Below, piece by piece: positions 21,660 through 35,645 of a stretch of DNA of 64,000 nucleotides. The notes beneath the pieces are model-generated. The model was not told where the DNA came from. It saw nothing but the letters and a program-made list of their open reading frames with translations, and made no database searches. How positions within the stretch are numbered: the stretch's first letter is position 1; each line of letters begins with the position of its first letter. The position numbers and the translations under genes were made by a program. This stretch comes from Paraspadella gotoi (taxonomy: Eukaryota > Animalia > Chaetognatha), in NCBI GenBank assembly GCA_051294375.1, contig CM119264.1, positions 3,409,810 through 3,473,809 on the forward strand, given 5' to 3'.

Positions 21660-24600
21660 CGAGGTGTGCTCTCACTTTATTGTATTAACTATTACTTTCT
21701 CCTTTTCTCCTGAGTATTGGTGGCTTTTTGTTACTTTAGAATTAAAAATTAGTATCTCGTTGGGTTTGAGTAAGTGATGAGAGTTAATTTTTGGTTGTTG
21801 TTATTCTCGTTTTGAGAATATATATCTTGAGCAATGTATATGGAGAAGAAGAAAACAGATATTAAAGGCAGATAAAATAATGCTGTTTTTATTCTTTTTT
21901 TCATCAACCTAAAGCCGCCCCCCTGTATCTGCGCGCGCCCGCGCCCTCCTTTCTCTCATTTGCACCGCCCACGCCTTTTTTTGGGTTCCTCAATGTTCTG
22001 CTTTTTTTAACAATGGGGTTTTTCGTTTTTGGGTTCGTTTCTCTGTTTTTTCTATTTCTAGAGATAACATCTCCGCTTAGTGGTGTGCCTAGGTGAACGA
22101 ATAAGCGCGTTGAGGCGAAACTGACATCGTTGATAGGTTGAACTCGACGCGATCATGACGCGGACACCCACTCCACGGCGTCCCGTCCACCCCTGTGAGC
22201 GCTGCATTCAGATAGAGGAGAGCGATGACAGGCAGTCAGGGATGGCTATGCTCACCCCTTCAGGATCTATATTTCTAAGCTCGATACCTCGCCGATAAGT
22301 CCGTGGACACGAGAGTATTGTGGAGAGGTGTCAGAGAAGCCCCACGCCACGCGCGGAGGCGAAGTAATCCAAAGAGAGAGAGAGAGTGTAAAAATTACTA
22401 TATGTATCTCTCTGTAATGATATATTGCCGCCCAGAAGAAGAGAGAGTTTTAACACCGCCGCCTCTCTCTAAGAACAAAGAAAACCCTTTTTTTTAGTCC
22501 AATGTAAAATAGAAAAGAAAAAATAAAAAATTTCTACCGCACCCGGAATACAACCCGATTAAAAATTTCCAGCCGCAAAGAAAGAAAAAAAGATTAAAAC
22601 GTTAAATTACTTTTTATTTTTTTGTAAAAAATGTGGAAAGGGTTTTGTTTTTAAAGAATTTGGGGGGGTTTTGGAGGGGACTGTTTTTGTAAAGTTAAAT
22701 AAGTTCCTTTTTGTTTTTATCAAACAAAAACAAATTTTTTCCGCGCGCCCCTCCTTTTTTCCATTTTAATTTTTTTTTTTTTATGTTTCGCCATTTCCCC
22801 CTTCCCCTTCTCCGCTCCCCTTTTTTTCCTCCCCTTTTTTTATTTTTTTTTATTTTCCACTTCTCCAGCTCTCCAATAGAGAATTTTAAAACGTTTTTTT
22901 AAAAATACACACCCGCCGCAGAAAAAACGCGTCCTTTTTTCTTTTTTTCCTCGCTTTAAAAGATAAATATTGTGAAAATAAAACTGGTTCCCAAAAAATA
23001 AACAGAAACGGATTTTTTTGTTTTTTTTTTCGCAAATGTTTAAAAGAAGATAAAAAAAAAATACCCCCTTTTTTTAAAAAAACCGGGCCGCCCCAAACCG
23101 CTTTTATAGCATTTTTTTTTTTTTTCCAATTGAGTAGAACCCGGAATATAAAAACAAGGTTTTGGGGGGAAGAATAAAAAAAGGGCGCAGATAACATTTG
23201 TTTCCCCCGGGATTTTGGCCGCCCTTACCGAATTATATATTATTCTCTCTCTCCACTTCTCACAAATTATTTAAAGTTCGGATTTTAAAATTTTTTAATT
23301 TAAATTTATTAATTTAATTTTAATATATGTATAATTTTAATTTTTAAAATTTTTTATTTTATTCAACCTTGTTAAATGATCCCCAATCGGATGTTTTCCT
23401 ATTAAAAAATTGGGGGTTTTAGGACCGGTTTTTTCGGTTACATTAGAATCGTAATTGTTTTTTTGTTGGGGGTTAAACGTTTCTCTACGAGAAGCATAAT
23501 TTGGTATAAAGGGTTTTTTTTTTTTTTTTTTATTTCAAAAACAAGCAAAAATATCCCTTAATTTTTTTTTTTTTTAATTTTTTTATATGTTCGACCCTTC
23601 CGTCCCCGCCACCCTGCTGCTGTCCCCTATTATCTTCGTATCCTCCCTCCCCTTTCTCCTCCTTTTTGCCCCCCTCCAACTATCCCCTCTTTCCTCCTCC
23701 CTCCTCCCTTCCTTCCCTCCTCCCGCCGCTCTTTTCTCCGCTTTTTTTGTTGTTTTTTTTTTCCTGCATGTGGGCCGAACCCGGAGCTAAGGTCCCCACG
23801 CCCCCCCTTTTTTGAGAGATGCGCTATTTTCAAAGAATTATTGTTTTTTTTAAGGTGGCCAAATCATTTTGTTTTTCGCCCACAATTTAATTCCATTAAT
23901 AAAAATTTTTTTCCCATTTTAATTTAATTTAAAAGCATGTTTTTTTTATTAATGTTTAAAAATCGCATTAATAAATAAAAAAAAAGATTTCCCCCCAGTA
24001 ATGGTTGGAAAAAACCTTTTAATGTTGTTTTTTTTGTTTTTTTTTTCGCGCCGCATTCCTTTAAAGCACCAAACTTCCCTTGGGCCAAATTTCCCGCGTC
24101 CCAATTAACCTTTTTTTATAATTTTATTATTAAAAATAAATATAAATTAAATTTTAAATTTTAAAAAGCCTTCCAAAGTGGCAGACCCCATTGAAATAAA
24201 CCCACTCTCTCCCAAAAAGGTTGTTTTTTTAAATATTGGAAAAATTCCGATTAGTTTTAAAAAAAAAAGTTAAAGAGGGGAAATTTTAAAGGGACTAGAA
24301 AAGTTTTTATTTTAAAAGTTGTTTGCCAATTTTGGGCCGCGCCCCTTTAACTTAGATAATTTAAGGCGCCCGCCGCCCTTACCGACCTACGATTTTATTG
24401 ATTATGGGAGCCCGCCATTGGTGGAAAAAAAGAAGAATTTTAAACCAAGAGATCGTTATTTTTCGAAAATATTAAATTTAAAATCAGAATTTTCTTGTAA
24501 ATTGTAGTATTTTGGGTTTTTTTTAAAAGTTATTTTTAATTATTTTGTTTTATTTCCAAAGTGGGAGGTAAAAATAAAAAAACAACTTTTTTATTTCGCT

Positions 24601-27600
24601 TAATTTTATTATTTAATTCCTACCACGACGGGAAGCTTTGTTCCGCCCCCGTCTCACCTCTTTTTTTATTTCCCCCCCGCTTTTTATTCCCGTATTTTTC
24701 TTCTTTGTCCTTCTTGGTTTCACTCTCCTCTAATCTATTTCTCCGCCCTCCACTCCCTTGTCGCTATCCTTCCCCCTACCTTCCCCCTCCTTTCCCCCGC
24801 CCCCTACTTTGAGCGCAACATTTTGGCGACGCAAAAATGTTTTTGTGTGGTCACGCACCTCTGCTCTTGGACGCCCTCATTAGGGAGCGCCGCTCGCCAT
24901 TGGGGCTTCTTAGACTTTGCGCCCGTCTAGACGCTGTTTGTCGGTCCTGTCGGTTTGGCTTTCCCCGCTGCTTACTGCTCCAGCTGTTACTCCTCCCCGT
25001 TGCGCCTCTTCCCTCCTCTTCCTCTTTCCCCGTTGTGAGCCTTCCTCTCTTCTTTTCCTCTTTCGTCCTTTCTATCTTCCTCCTTCTCCCCGTCAGAAGG
25101 TCCCTGTATGATTTTTTCCCCCACCTCCTTTTTTTTTTTCTTTGCGCAAATTTATCGCGAGCGGATCACCCGCACTGAAATTTAAGTGCCCGCTCCCCGC
25201 TTTTTTGTTTTTAGAAAGGGAAATATGTGTTATTTCCTATGTTATGGCTTTGACATTCCATCTGGTTCTTATTCAAAAACTTTGTTTAAAAGAATCAAAT
25301 TTTTTCCGCCCCGTTTCTGCCTTTTTCCCGCCAAGTTAAAATTGTTGGCAAACCTCTTGTAAAGGGGTTTTTTTTTTTTTTTTTTTAGCTCCTCATGCCA
25401 TTTATTTGAAACCCAAAAAGAGTGTTTCTTCGCGCAGAACTTGGCACGCCAATCTGGTTGAAAAAAAACCCCTTTGATAGCAGAGAAGAATTAATTTCTG
25501 TTAGCTTTTTTTTTTATCCCCCGCCCAAGCAACACATTTTCCCCCGCCCCCCCCCCCCGCCCGCTACCCCGCCGCCCCTTTGTCGCCCCCCCACCAAATT
25601 GCTCCACATCCCCCTCTCCAATCTCCCTTTATTTTTTAATGGGGTTACACATAAGTTTATAAAAGATTTCAAAATAAAAAAATGCGTCTTATGGACGCCG
25701 TTTTCGCCCGCCCCAAAATAAATTTCAGGTTTTAATGGGATGCATTTTTCATTTCAGTGTTTTTCCCAAAATTTTTTTTTTAAAAAAAGCTCCAAATTTT
25801 TGATCCCCACTTTCCGGTAGCGTTTTTTTTTTGCCAACCCGCCGCGCGATAAACTTTTTTGTTAAGAAAGAGATTATGGCCGGCAGACGAAATCCCGAGA
25901 GTATGCCAGGCATATTTTGTAAATCTGTTATTACTGGTGTGTATCTTTCCCCCCGCCCCTTACACCCACGAGAAAACAAAATTTTTTGAAACACTCGCGC
26001 CAATTCTCTAAAAAACGCCATTCCGCCCAATTTTTAAATGGGATTAAAATTGTAAAGAAAAAGTAAAACTTTTTTATGTTTTGGGTTTTTAAAATAAGTT
26101 TAAAAGAATTTTTTTTTTTTAAAGTTATGCCCGACACCGCCCCTTAAATGGAGTTTTTTTTTTGTTTTTTTCCCGCACTTAAAAACTCAATTTGCCACTT
26201 TCGCACACGGATTTTGTTTTCGCCCGGTTTCCCCGGAAAAAAAACCTTATTATTCGCAAAAGCCCCCTTTTAATCACAACAGCTTTTTTTCACGCTAGCC
26301 CGCCGCACACACAAAAAGATTCCAATTATTTTTTTTCCAAATCCAAACCCAGCCCCAATTCACGAAGTTTAATTCGGAGCTTTTTTTTTTTTGCACTTTT
26401 ACAAAGGGTTTTTGGGGGACGCGCGAATCGGCAAATGGAGGACGGGATTTTTTGGAATGTGATTGGGACTGGGGATTAAAATTAAGTAAATGAAGTAAAG
26501 TTTTTTTGAAATTAAATTTTTAATTGAAAAAAATACAACTAAATTTTGAAATTTTTTTTAGTATAAATTTTTTAACCTTTTTGATATATGTTGATGCGTA
26601 TGGACCTTATGTTGCTGTCTAAAGAGTTGAGATCTCTGCCCGCCGCCGCAGTATTAAGAACGCCATTTAATAATTAAAAAGGAAAAAGAAAAGCATAAGA
26701 TGCCAAAAATTGTTTTAAGTTGGAAAACCAGTTTGTTTTTTTTTTTTTGTTTGTTTGGCTGTTGAAATGCTCTGTTATTTTATCTCCAAGTTTGGGTCCG
26801 AGGATAGGTGTAAAAACTCGGAATCGTTATGTTTCCGCCAACTCAATAATGTAGACTTCGCCCGCAGCCCCCCCGCATCCCACCCCGAAACCCCTTGGGT
26901 GTTTTTGCCCCCCGCCACTGGGTTTTCCTTCTCTATTTTTTTTTTAAAATCAGCACCAACTTTTTCTCAGCTCAACATAAGCAAAAATTTCCCTCCAAAA
27001 AAGGGTCCCAATCGATTTTTTATTTTAAACAGGTTAAGATGGGGTTTTAAAATTAAAGCCCGCGCGCCTTGTATCCCTTTGGGTCCCCCACCATGAGCAC
27101 AGATAATTTTTAACTTTTAATTCAACTCTGGCGGCGCCGGGCATTAATTTCTTCTTTTTTGGTCCCCCCAGACTTGTTTTGAATATATTTAATTTTTTGG
27201 GCTTAAATACTTTTGGAGCTTATTTTGGTTCCTCCACCCTTACCTTGAAACCCCCCCAAAAGCCAAAATTAATTGGGGTCCCCCCCCCCCCCGCGCAGCC
27301 CTTTTGGGTGACACCCGCAAGTTAATAAAAAATTTTTTGGGTCTACCCCCCACCTGGAACCAATTAACACCCATTTTGGAAAGAGAGAGAGTAAATGTCG
27401 CCAATTTTTATAGATAATTTGGATCGACGCCACCCGGCCAAAAAAAATAGAAGAGGTCCTCTTGGGTTTTTTGGATTTTTTAACCTGCACAAATTGGTTT
27501 TTCTCATATACAAATCAAAACTTTAAAGCCTTAAAAAATTTTTGGTTTTTAAACGGACCCAGGAGGAGGAGTGTTTTTGTGGGGGGGTCCCCCCCCAACC

Positions 27601-28740
27601 TTTGGCGCGGCAAATAGCTTGGAAGATTTTTCAACTTGGGCCATAAGAATTTTGTTGGGGTTTCAAATCTGCGAATAATTGATTGATTTGGGTTTTTCAT
27701 TCCCAATTCAATACAAAATCCAAAATCAAATATTTTCTCAAGTCTTCATCAGATTAGAGGGAGGAGAATATCACGCACCGCCAGAAAACCTTTTTTTAAA
27801 AATATATTTCCAAATATTGTTGTTTCCGCTCCCTTTTTTTTTGGGATTTTTTTCTAAAAAATTTGGAAAACTCGCCTTTTTTTTTTTCTGTCCCACCAAA
27901 CCCCTGCCGCGCCGCTTAACCGATTTTGATTTCCCCCCGCGCCCCCACCCGACATTCAAAAATTTTTTTATTTTCCCGCCACCCCTTTATCAACATTTTT
28001 ACTTTTTAAACCCCCCCCAACCAACCCAAAAAAAAATTTTTTTTTTCCCAATTTTCGAAATTTTTCTCATCTTAGTTCCAAAAATTTTTTAAATTAAAAA
28101 ACAAAAAAATAATTTATGAAGTAAAAAAAATTTACAAGTAATACCACGAACCATAAGACGAAAAATTTTACTTTTTCATCAAGGTACTAATGGGAACTTG
28201 TTCATGTTGTTCCATTTAAACTCAAAATTATTTTTCCCCCACTTCCCGCGCCACTGGCGAATATTTGTTCCCCCATAGCGGAAAACAAAAAAACCTATCT
28301 TTTTTTCCGGAAAGCGCGCGAGCGGGGCGGGGGCTGTTTCTCATACTCGTCCATAAAAATCCAAGAACCAACCCATCAACTTTTTTTCTCCTCTGCCTCT
28401 TACCACCATAAAAAACAATAAAATTCTTTTTTCTTTTCCCCAAAGAGAGTGATTTTCAAAATTGGGGGCGCCAAAACTTTTGTATTTTTTCCAACCCCTT
28501 CATGGGGGGAGGCGGCGGCCAAATGCGCTCTTCCCAAAAAATTTTGTTGGGGGGGCGGAAAAAAGAAAAAATTTTAATTAATTTTTTTTTTTTGCACTTC
28601 GTCCTTTCTGGTTCCCAATTTACACAACCCCCTTTAAAAAAATGGCCGGGCTTCGTTCATCAGTCAAAAAAGTGATGTTTATCTCTCTTCTTCTTCTTCC
28701 GCCCGCGAAAATTTGAAAAAAAAAATCAACGTCGGTCCAT
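21660..28740. other. Low-quality, homopolymer-rich unalignable tract (probable raw-read junk)
   Basis: Begins where similarity to 32790/34520 breaks down. Dominated by runs of all four bases and lacks the (AG)n/(GAC)n microsatellites seen everywhere else in the window. Confidence 0.75.
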
Positions 28741-30907
28741 CGAATCGGAAAAGGGGTAAAGGATAGGGGAGGGTAAGGTATATCTCGGTCAACGGGATCT
28801 CGCCCTTACCTTTCTAGACTGACCTACCCAGTCATCGCGTCTCACCCGTTTTAGATTGGCGTTATTTTGGACCAATCCGAATTATTTAAGTGAGGTCACT
28901 TTTAGCTCGTTGGGTTAGTGCAAAACTAATGGATGATTAGTTTTCGTCGTTAAAAAAACTATTTTGAAATTCTCTAATCTTTGCCTTACCCAATTTCAAA
29001 TTCAAATTGCGAGTTTTTTATTCTTTTTTTTTTTCAAGTTGATTTATGAATGACGAATTATTGCATAACTCGTATGTAGACTTTTCGCAATTATGGCTGA
29101 CGCAATCTCACCTTAGGAAATATCGCGTTTCTCAAGACTTCATTAGGTCCGTTAAGGCCCGTTTAAGATACTTGTAACAATATTACTAATTTACTACATC
29201 CTATGACCAGGTCTCTCCGGGATATTCAAGTTTACTATTAAAATATTAGCCAAGGGTGATACGTTAAGGTCGATTGGCCAATTGAGATCCACCGATTTAG
29301 ATTTAGAATAAAACTTTAAAAAATTAACATCGGAAACAAAAATAAAGGAACCCCGGGAATGTGAGTTTTGTCGTGAAAGTCCTTCGAAGTGAAATGCTCA
29401 ATCGGTGATGTTAACTAGACAGAGATTCAAGTGATTAAAACATAAGTACTTATTTTTTTCCTTTCAATTTTTATTNNNNNNNNNNNNNNNNNNNNNNNNN
29501 NNNNNNNNNNNNNNNNNNNNNNNNNNNNNNNNNNNNNNNNNNNNNNNNNNNNNNNNNNNNNNNNNNNNNNNNNNNNNNNNNNNNNNNNNNNNNNNNNNNN
29601 NNNNNNNNNNNNNNNNNNNNNNNNNNNNNNNNNNNNNNNNNNNNNNNNNNNNNNNNNNNNNNNNNNNNNNNNNNNNNNNNNNNNNNNNNNNNNNNNNNNN
29701 NAAAAAAAAACATAAGTGGACGGATTTAAAAATCTCTTTTTTATTGTCGTCGATATTTTCCCCTCATCGTTCAGCCCAGAGCGAAAAAAAATTATAAAAA
29801 TTGGACTGACTTTTTTTTTGTTGTCTTTTTCTGCTTCGACTCTTGTTTACTTTTTTAAACTTTTTTTTAAAAATTGAATAATGATTTGTTAAAAAAAATT
29901 CAGTGTTAATTTCGACGGAAGCATGAAGCAATCGCAAAATTTACCACATTTTAAAAATAAATGAAAAAATAAAAAAGGTTCAACGATCTTCGCCAAAATA
30001 AACATTTCTTAATGATTAATTTTTCGTAATTTCATTATTCATTGTCTTAATACGCATTTCGGTTTTACCGTACAGNNNNNNNNNNNNNNNNNNNNNNNNN
30101 AAAGAGGTGAAAGGCCTTTTAGCATTTGCCCAAATTAAAAAAATAACTAATCTATTTAAAATAAAAATAAATAACCTACAATACCAAATATGGTGGGAAA
30201 ATTATAAAATTGCTGTTTTTTTTGCCATTTTTTTATTTGACAGTTAACAATATTTTTTGCCTGTAACTTCTAAATAATTGCACCTACAAAAAAAATAGAA
30301 GGAAGCTTACTGACAGGATTTTATCTTATATGATTCGAAACGTTCTTGATTTTTTAAATTTAAACTAACGTTCACAGAGTAGATATCTTTTATTTAAAAA
30401 TGTATATATACTTTTTTCGCTAGATAGTATATGACACTTTAGTTTAAGATCGCCTCCGATACTTGACATGTTTATTGACATTTCGTCTAGACGCTACGAT
30501 ATTGATCCTTCCGCACTCGCCTTTACTTTACATGCATCTGCCGGCTCACTCGGGTATACCCACATCTCTCCTTTTCATTTTTATGCTCGATTATTGTGAT
30601 AATCAGTCACGTTGCTGGGGCCTTTTCGGAAAAGAACCATCGCGCACGAAGGCGCGCTCACCATTATAAGTTTTTAATTAGTATGCTGTAGTTAAGAATT
30701 CTTCCGGAGTGGCGCGCGGCGCTAGAGGGAGAGAGAGTGCATTGGCGGGGCGCTCGGATGTGATATGGTGAGTGTGCGAGCTCTCGTGTCCAATACATCG
30801 AGTGGACTTGTTATTTTTGTGATCGCCTCATTTGTGAAGTTTGGTATCTCGATCCTTGGCGTTTATGACTCTCTTCTCACCGCGTTCTCTCTCTCTCTTC
30901 CCTCTCT

Positions 30908-30946
<39 letters not shown>

Positions 30947-31541
30947 CTCTCTCTCCTCGTATCTCGCTTCCTTCTGGTTCAAAAAAGTATTATTATAGCT
31001 CTCAGAAAAAAGCAAAAAATGCGCAACATTAATATTGGGGCTTCGCAGAATTGCGTTAAAGATGTCAAAAAATATTTTACTGTCATACCTCAAAGGCAGG
31101 CAGTAGTTGATGCCGAGGAAGGGTATACCAAATATTGAGAATGTTATCATGATGTTTTACCCATGTTTTATATACTTTTTATTGAATAAATTAATTATGT
31201 CATATACTTTTTTCCTAGATAGTATTTAGCGAAGATGCGACTTCGTTTCTTAAATTTATTTCTCTCACTCAAAAAAAAAAGACTTGATAATTTCAAAAAA
31301 ACAACTCTTGTAGTTGATTTACGATTGAAGATCAGAAAAAAAAAAGGCTGAAGATTAAGAAGCGTTGTGGCAGCAGAAGCGACAGCAGAAGCGGCACCGG
31401 CAGCAGCCTCCACCGCCACCGGAAATAATAAAAAAACATTTGATTAAATATGCTTTAAAAGAATAAAAATTTTCTTAACGAATGAATAAATAATTATAAT
31501 AATAATAATTATAATTAATACATAATACATAATAATAAATA

Positions 31542-32074
31542 CAGTCCTGTGCAAAAAAAAAAAGAGGACACACTTTAAACTTTAATTACGCATGTTTTAC
31601 CCACATATCATATATATTTATAACTGATAAATGTTAAAATGTTAAATAAAATCGGTCCAAACTTCCAAGAAAGACAAGTGATAAAAAAAATTTGGGGAAA
31701 AAACTATTTTTAAAGATCTACCAAAAACCTGGAATAGTTTTTAGCCTTAATGTATTATATTTATGTTTTCTAAAAAAAATTTAAATGGGAAATAAGGACT
31801 TTAGAAAGAGGAATCCATATGTGTAACTTAGCGACAGCATCTTAAACACAAGAGGTTAACAATTTTCTTCTGCTCTGACATTTTGTTTCAGTATATTTTA
31901 AAAATTACTGCTCAGAAACGGATAGCTACATATTAACCCAATTTTCACCAATACTGTTGGCATTAGTTCCTTTTTTCATGATTATTATTCATTCATATTA
32001 TCTTGCATTTTAAACAAATCTAACTTGATTTATTTTCATAATTTTTTTTGAGTGTCCTCTCTTTTTTGCAGATG
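31542..32074. mobile_element. Tc1/mariner-type non-autonomous MITE (~530 bp)
   Basis: Left end TA|CAGTCCTGTGCAAAAAAAAAAAGAGGACAC and right end GTGTCCTCTCTTTTTTGCAGATG|TA form imperfect TIRs starting CAGT with TA flanks. No internal ORF. Confidence 0.78.
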
Positions 32075-32184
32075 TACATAAAAAATTTTAAAGTATGCGG
32101 AGAGATATAATTATACCATTTATATAACATTCAGTTTTTAGCCAATTTGAGTTTTTTCATTGACGTCAAATATCAGAGGTAAAA

Positions 32185-33010
32185 ATTTTTAAAGTCTTCG
32201 GTCTAGATTCTTATCTTCGCAGCGGCGATCAGGGTACTGCGCGGCAGCTAGCGACGTTCGTACTGTCGCAGCGGGCGACGCGTACTGCGCAGGCAATGGG
32301 TGGAGGTAAGTTCACAGCAGTTTGCCTGACGTCCGATGTCGGGAAAGAAATGTATAGGCAGAGGAGGTGAGACACGACAAAGTGGAAACCGGAGGTTTCA
32401 ACAACTCGTCACTTTGACCCCAAAAATATCCTTTTTTTAATGACTCCTGATTATCGAATTATATATCGAAAAAACCGGTTAATTAATTCATCCTCCAGAC
32501 AACGTTAACTTTTCCTTACCATGCCATGATCCCTTTCGGTTGAAAATAAAAATGAATCAACTATCGACAAAACGCAACAAGTTGAGCTTTAAATTGTGAA
32601 GTTCTCGGTTACGATACTGTTCAGTTGAATGCAAGAAGAGTCAAAAGGAGACAGCTTACTTTTTAAAGCAAGTCGCGTCTCATGCCAACGACGAAAGCAT
32701 TAGCGAACAATCGCTATCCATAATATTATGAAAATTGGTAGCAAGCCCAATATATATATTCACTGTTATAGTGAAAATAGCGCCGGTCAATTGTGACCAA
32801 TTTGTTTGATCCTTTTTTGATCTATTTTTTTTTATTTCTTGACATTAAAGAGATCTCGCGTGGGTTGAGAAGGAGAGAAGAATTTTGGTTGGGCGAGAAA
32901 ATAGCCTGAAGAAAGAGAGAAAAGTTAAGGAAAAAGCGGTTTTTACTTTTTTCAAAGCCGATTTCTGCTGTGGTTTTTTCATGACATTTTTCAAGTCGTT
33001 TTTCGTCGTC
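32185..33010. repeat. Noisy direct copy of 33957-34731 (third partial copy at ~21015-21650)
   Basis: Collinear, including the 21-bp triplet and the CAG|ACAACGTTAAC segment. Confidence 0.92.
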
Positions 33011-33215
33011 AAGTTTTCGTTCGTGATTCCAGTCATTTGACGCCTCTTCCGATGTTCTTTTCTACATAATCAACTTTCTTTGTATATCAATATTTTTTTT
33101 ATTTTTCTTTTCTTTTTCTTTTTTTTTATGTTTTTTAGATGACACCATTATATTACATGTCTTTGTTAAGTTCTACGTAATCGTCTTTTTAAATACTTTC
33201 TCATCACTTTCATTA

Positions 33216-33268
<53 letters not shown>

Positions 33269-33582
33269 TTCTTATTCTCCGCCGTGGTTTTTCTCGTTAA
33301 TTTTTTCTCAAACTTTATTTGTCGCGTGACCAAAAGAAAGAAAAAGAAGAAGCGATCATCTTTTCTCGAACCAATTATCCCTCGTGTCATTTAGTAGTAG
33401 TAGTAAATCCAACACCATGACACAAGTCCGAACTTTGGCCCATATTTTTGGCGGGAAATAAATCAACGCCAAATCTAAATCTTTCTATTTTTAAAAATTC
33501 GTGACCCCATTTTTTTTTCTTTTCCTTTTTTTTTTCTTCTCTTTAATTAATTCGTTCTTTTGTTCTTTTTTTTTTTACGTTT

Positions 33583-33946
33583 GATTTTTCTGATCGTCGC
33601 GTGGTTCGTTCCATCATTCGTTCCATCGTCCGTCCGTCCGTCCGTCCATCCGTCCATCCGTGCGTCCGTCCCCCGTTAGCTTTGAACGCCAATTACTCAT
33701 GATAGTATGGGGCGATTGACTTGCAATGTTGTATGTGGGTAGAAAAGTGTGTGATTAAGCTGGAAATCAAGTTTCGATGTAATCGTCTGAGTGGAAATGA
33801 ATTTAAATGGAAAAAAACAAAAACTTTTTGACGCGAATAAAAAAAATAAATATTATTAATTAATTAATCATTTGATTTATTAATTAATTAATTAATTGAT
33901 TAATTAATTATCTGATCAGTTGCTTACCGCTAATGATCATGAGCAG
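33583..33946 (+). mobile_element. DINE-1/Helentron-associated (HINE)-like non-autonomous element
   Basis: T-rich start, (GTCC/ATCC)n microsatellite near the 5' end (33628-33671), internal GATTGACTTGCAATGTTGTATGTGGG segment, TCTGATC repeated near both ends. Truncated by a 10-N gap. Assigned by architecture only. Confidence 0.5.
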
Positions 33947-33975
33947 NNNNNNNNNNATTTTAAATCTTCGTCTAG

Positions 33976-34062
33976 ATTCTTATCTTCGCAGCGGCGACGG
34001 CGTACTGCGCAGCAGCGACGTCGTACTGCGCAGCGGCGACGGCGTACTGCGCAGTGGGGGAG
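33976..34062 (+). CDS. Candidate 87-nt symmetric exon with a 21-bp triplication (ILIFAAATAYCAAATSYCAAATAYCAVGE in phase 0)
   Basis: CTTCGTCTAG| acceptor, GAG|GTAAGT consensus donor, GC-rich island, length divisible by 3. Product unknown. Confidence 0.45.
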
Positions 34063-35645
34063 GTAAGTTTCAAGCAGTTGCCTGACGTCCGATGTCGGGA
34101 AAGAAATGGTAAGGCAGAGGAGGTGAGACGACAAAGTGGAAACCGAGGTTCAACAACCTCAACTTTGACCCAAAAATATCCTTTTTTTAATGACTCCTGA
34201 TTATCGAATTATATATCGAAAAACCGGTTAATTAATTTCATCCTCCAGACAACGTTAACTTTTCCTTACCAGCCATGATCCTTTTCGCTTATAAAGGTTG
34301 AAAAATGAATCAACTATCACAAAACGCAACAAGTGAAGCTTTAAATTGTGAATTCTCGTTACAACTTTCAGTTGAATCAAGAGGTCAAAGGAGACAGCTT
34401 TACTTTTTAAGCAAGTCGGTCTATGCCAACGACGAAGCATAGCGAACAATCGCTATCATATTTATGAAATTGGTACAACCAATATATAATTCTGTTATAG
34501 TGAAAATAGCGCCGTCATTGACCAATCTGTTGTACCTTTTTTGATCTATTTTTTTTATTTCTTTGACATTAAAAAGATCTCGTGGGTTGAGAAGGAGAGA
34601 GAATTTGGTTGGGCGAGAAAATAGCTGAAGAAAGAGAGAAAAGTTAAGGAAAAAAGCGTTTACTTTTTCAAAGCCGATTTCTGCGTTTTTCATGACATTT
34701 TTCAAGTCGTTTTCGTCGTCGTTTTCGTCGTNNNNNNNNNNNNNNNNNNNNNNNNNNNNNNNNNNNNNNNNNNNNNNNNNNNNNNNNNNNNNNNNNNNNN
34801 NNNNNNNNNNNNNNNNNNNNNNNNNNNNNNNNNNNNNNNNNNNNNNNNNNNNNNNNNNNNNNNNNNNNNNNNNNNNNNNNNNNNNNNNNNNNNNNNNNNN
34901 NNNNNNNNNNNNNNNNNNNNNNNNNNNNNNNNNNNNNNNNNNNNNNNNNNNNNNNNNNNNNNNNNNNNNNNNNNNNNNNNNNNNNNNNNNNNNNNNNNNN
35001 NNNNNNNNNNNNNNNNNNNNNNNNNNNNNNNNNNNNNNNNNNNNNNNNNNNNNNNNNNNNNNNNNNNNNNNNNNNNNNNNNNNNNNNNNNNNNNNNNNNN
35101 NNNNNNNNNNNNNNNNNNNNNAGACAAGCGAAAGATGCCGAAGGTGCCAACATTGGTGCAGGGTGTTGAGAACAGTGAAAGGAGGATAAACATTTATGTG
35201 TCGTGTAGTCAAAAAAACAATTACTCGGTTATGGGTTTTATGGCAGGGGAACAAAAAAGAAAAACGAAAAGAGAGAGAGACGAGAGAAAGAGAGGGAGAC
35301 GAAGAAGAAGAAGAAGAAGAAGATGACGGACGAGGAAAGAACGAGACAAGAAGACGACTAGGGAGAAGAAGGAGAGACGAGAGAGAGGACGAAAGAGGAG
35401 GAAGAGAGAGAGACGAGACGAGCAGAGAGAGCGAGAGACGAGACCGAACAAAGAAGAGAGAAAAGAGAGAGATAGAGAGAGTCAGAGAGAGCAGAGAGAG
35501 AGATGAGAGAGAGAAAGAGAGAGAGGAGAGGACGAGGAGACAGAGAGAGAGAATCGTCGTTCAAGCGGGAAAAAAACCAAAATAAAAGCGAAGAGAACAA
35601 CCAACCAACGACATTGTATTGCAACAAACACCATTGGTCGGGATC

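Noticed and set aside
22303-28443. Numerous F/K/P/G-rich short ORFs
   Set aside because: Products of homopolymer runs in the low-quality tract.
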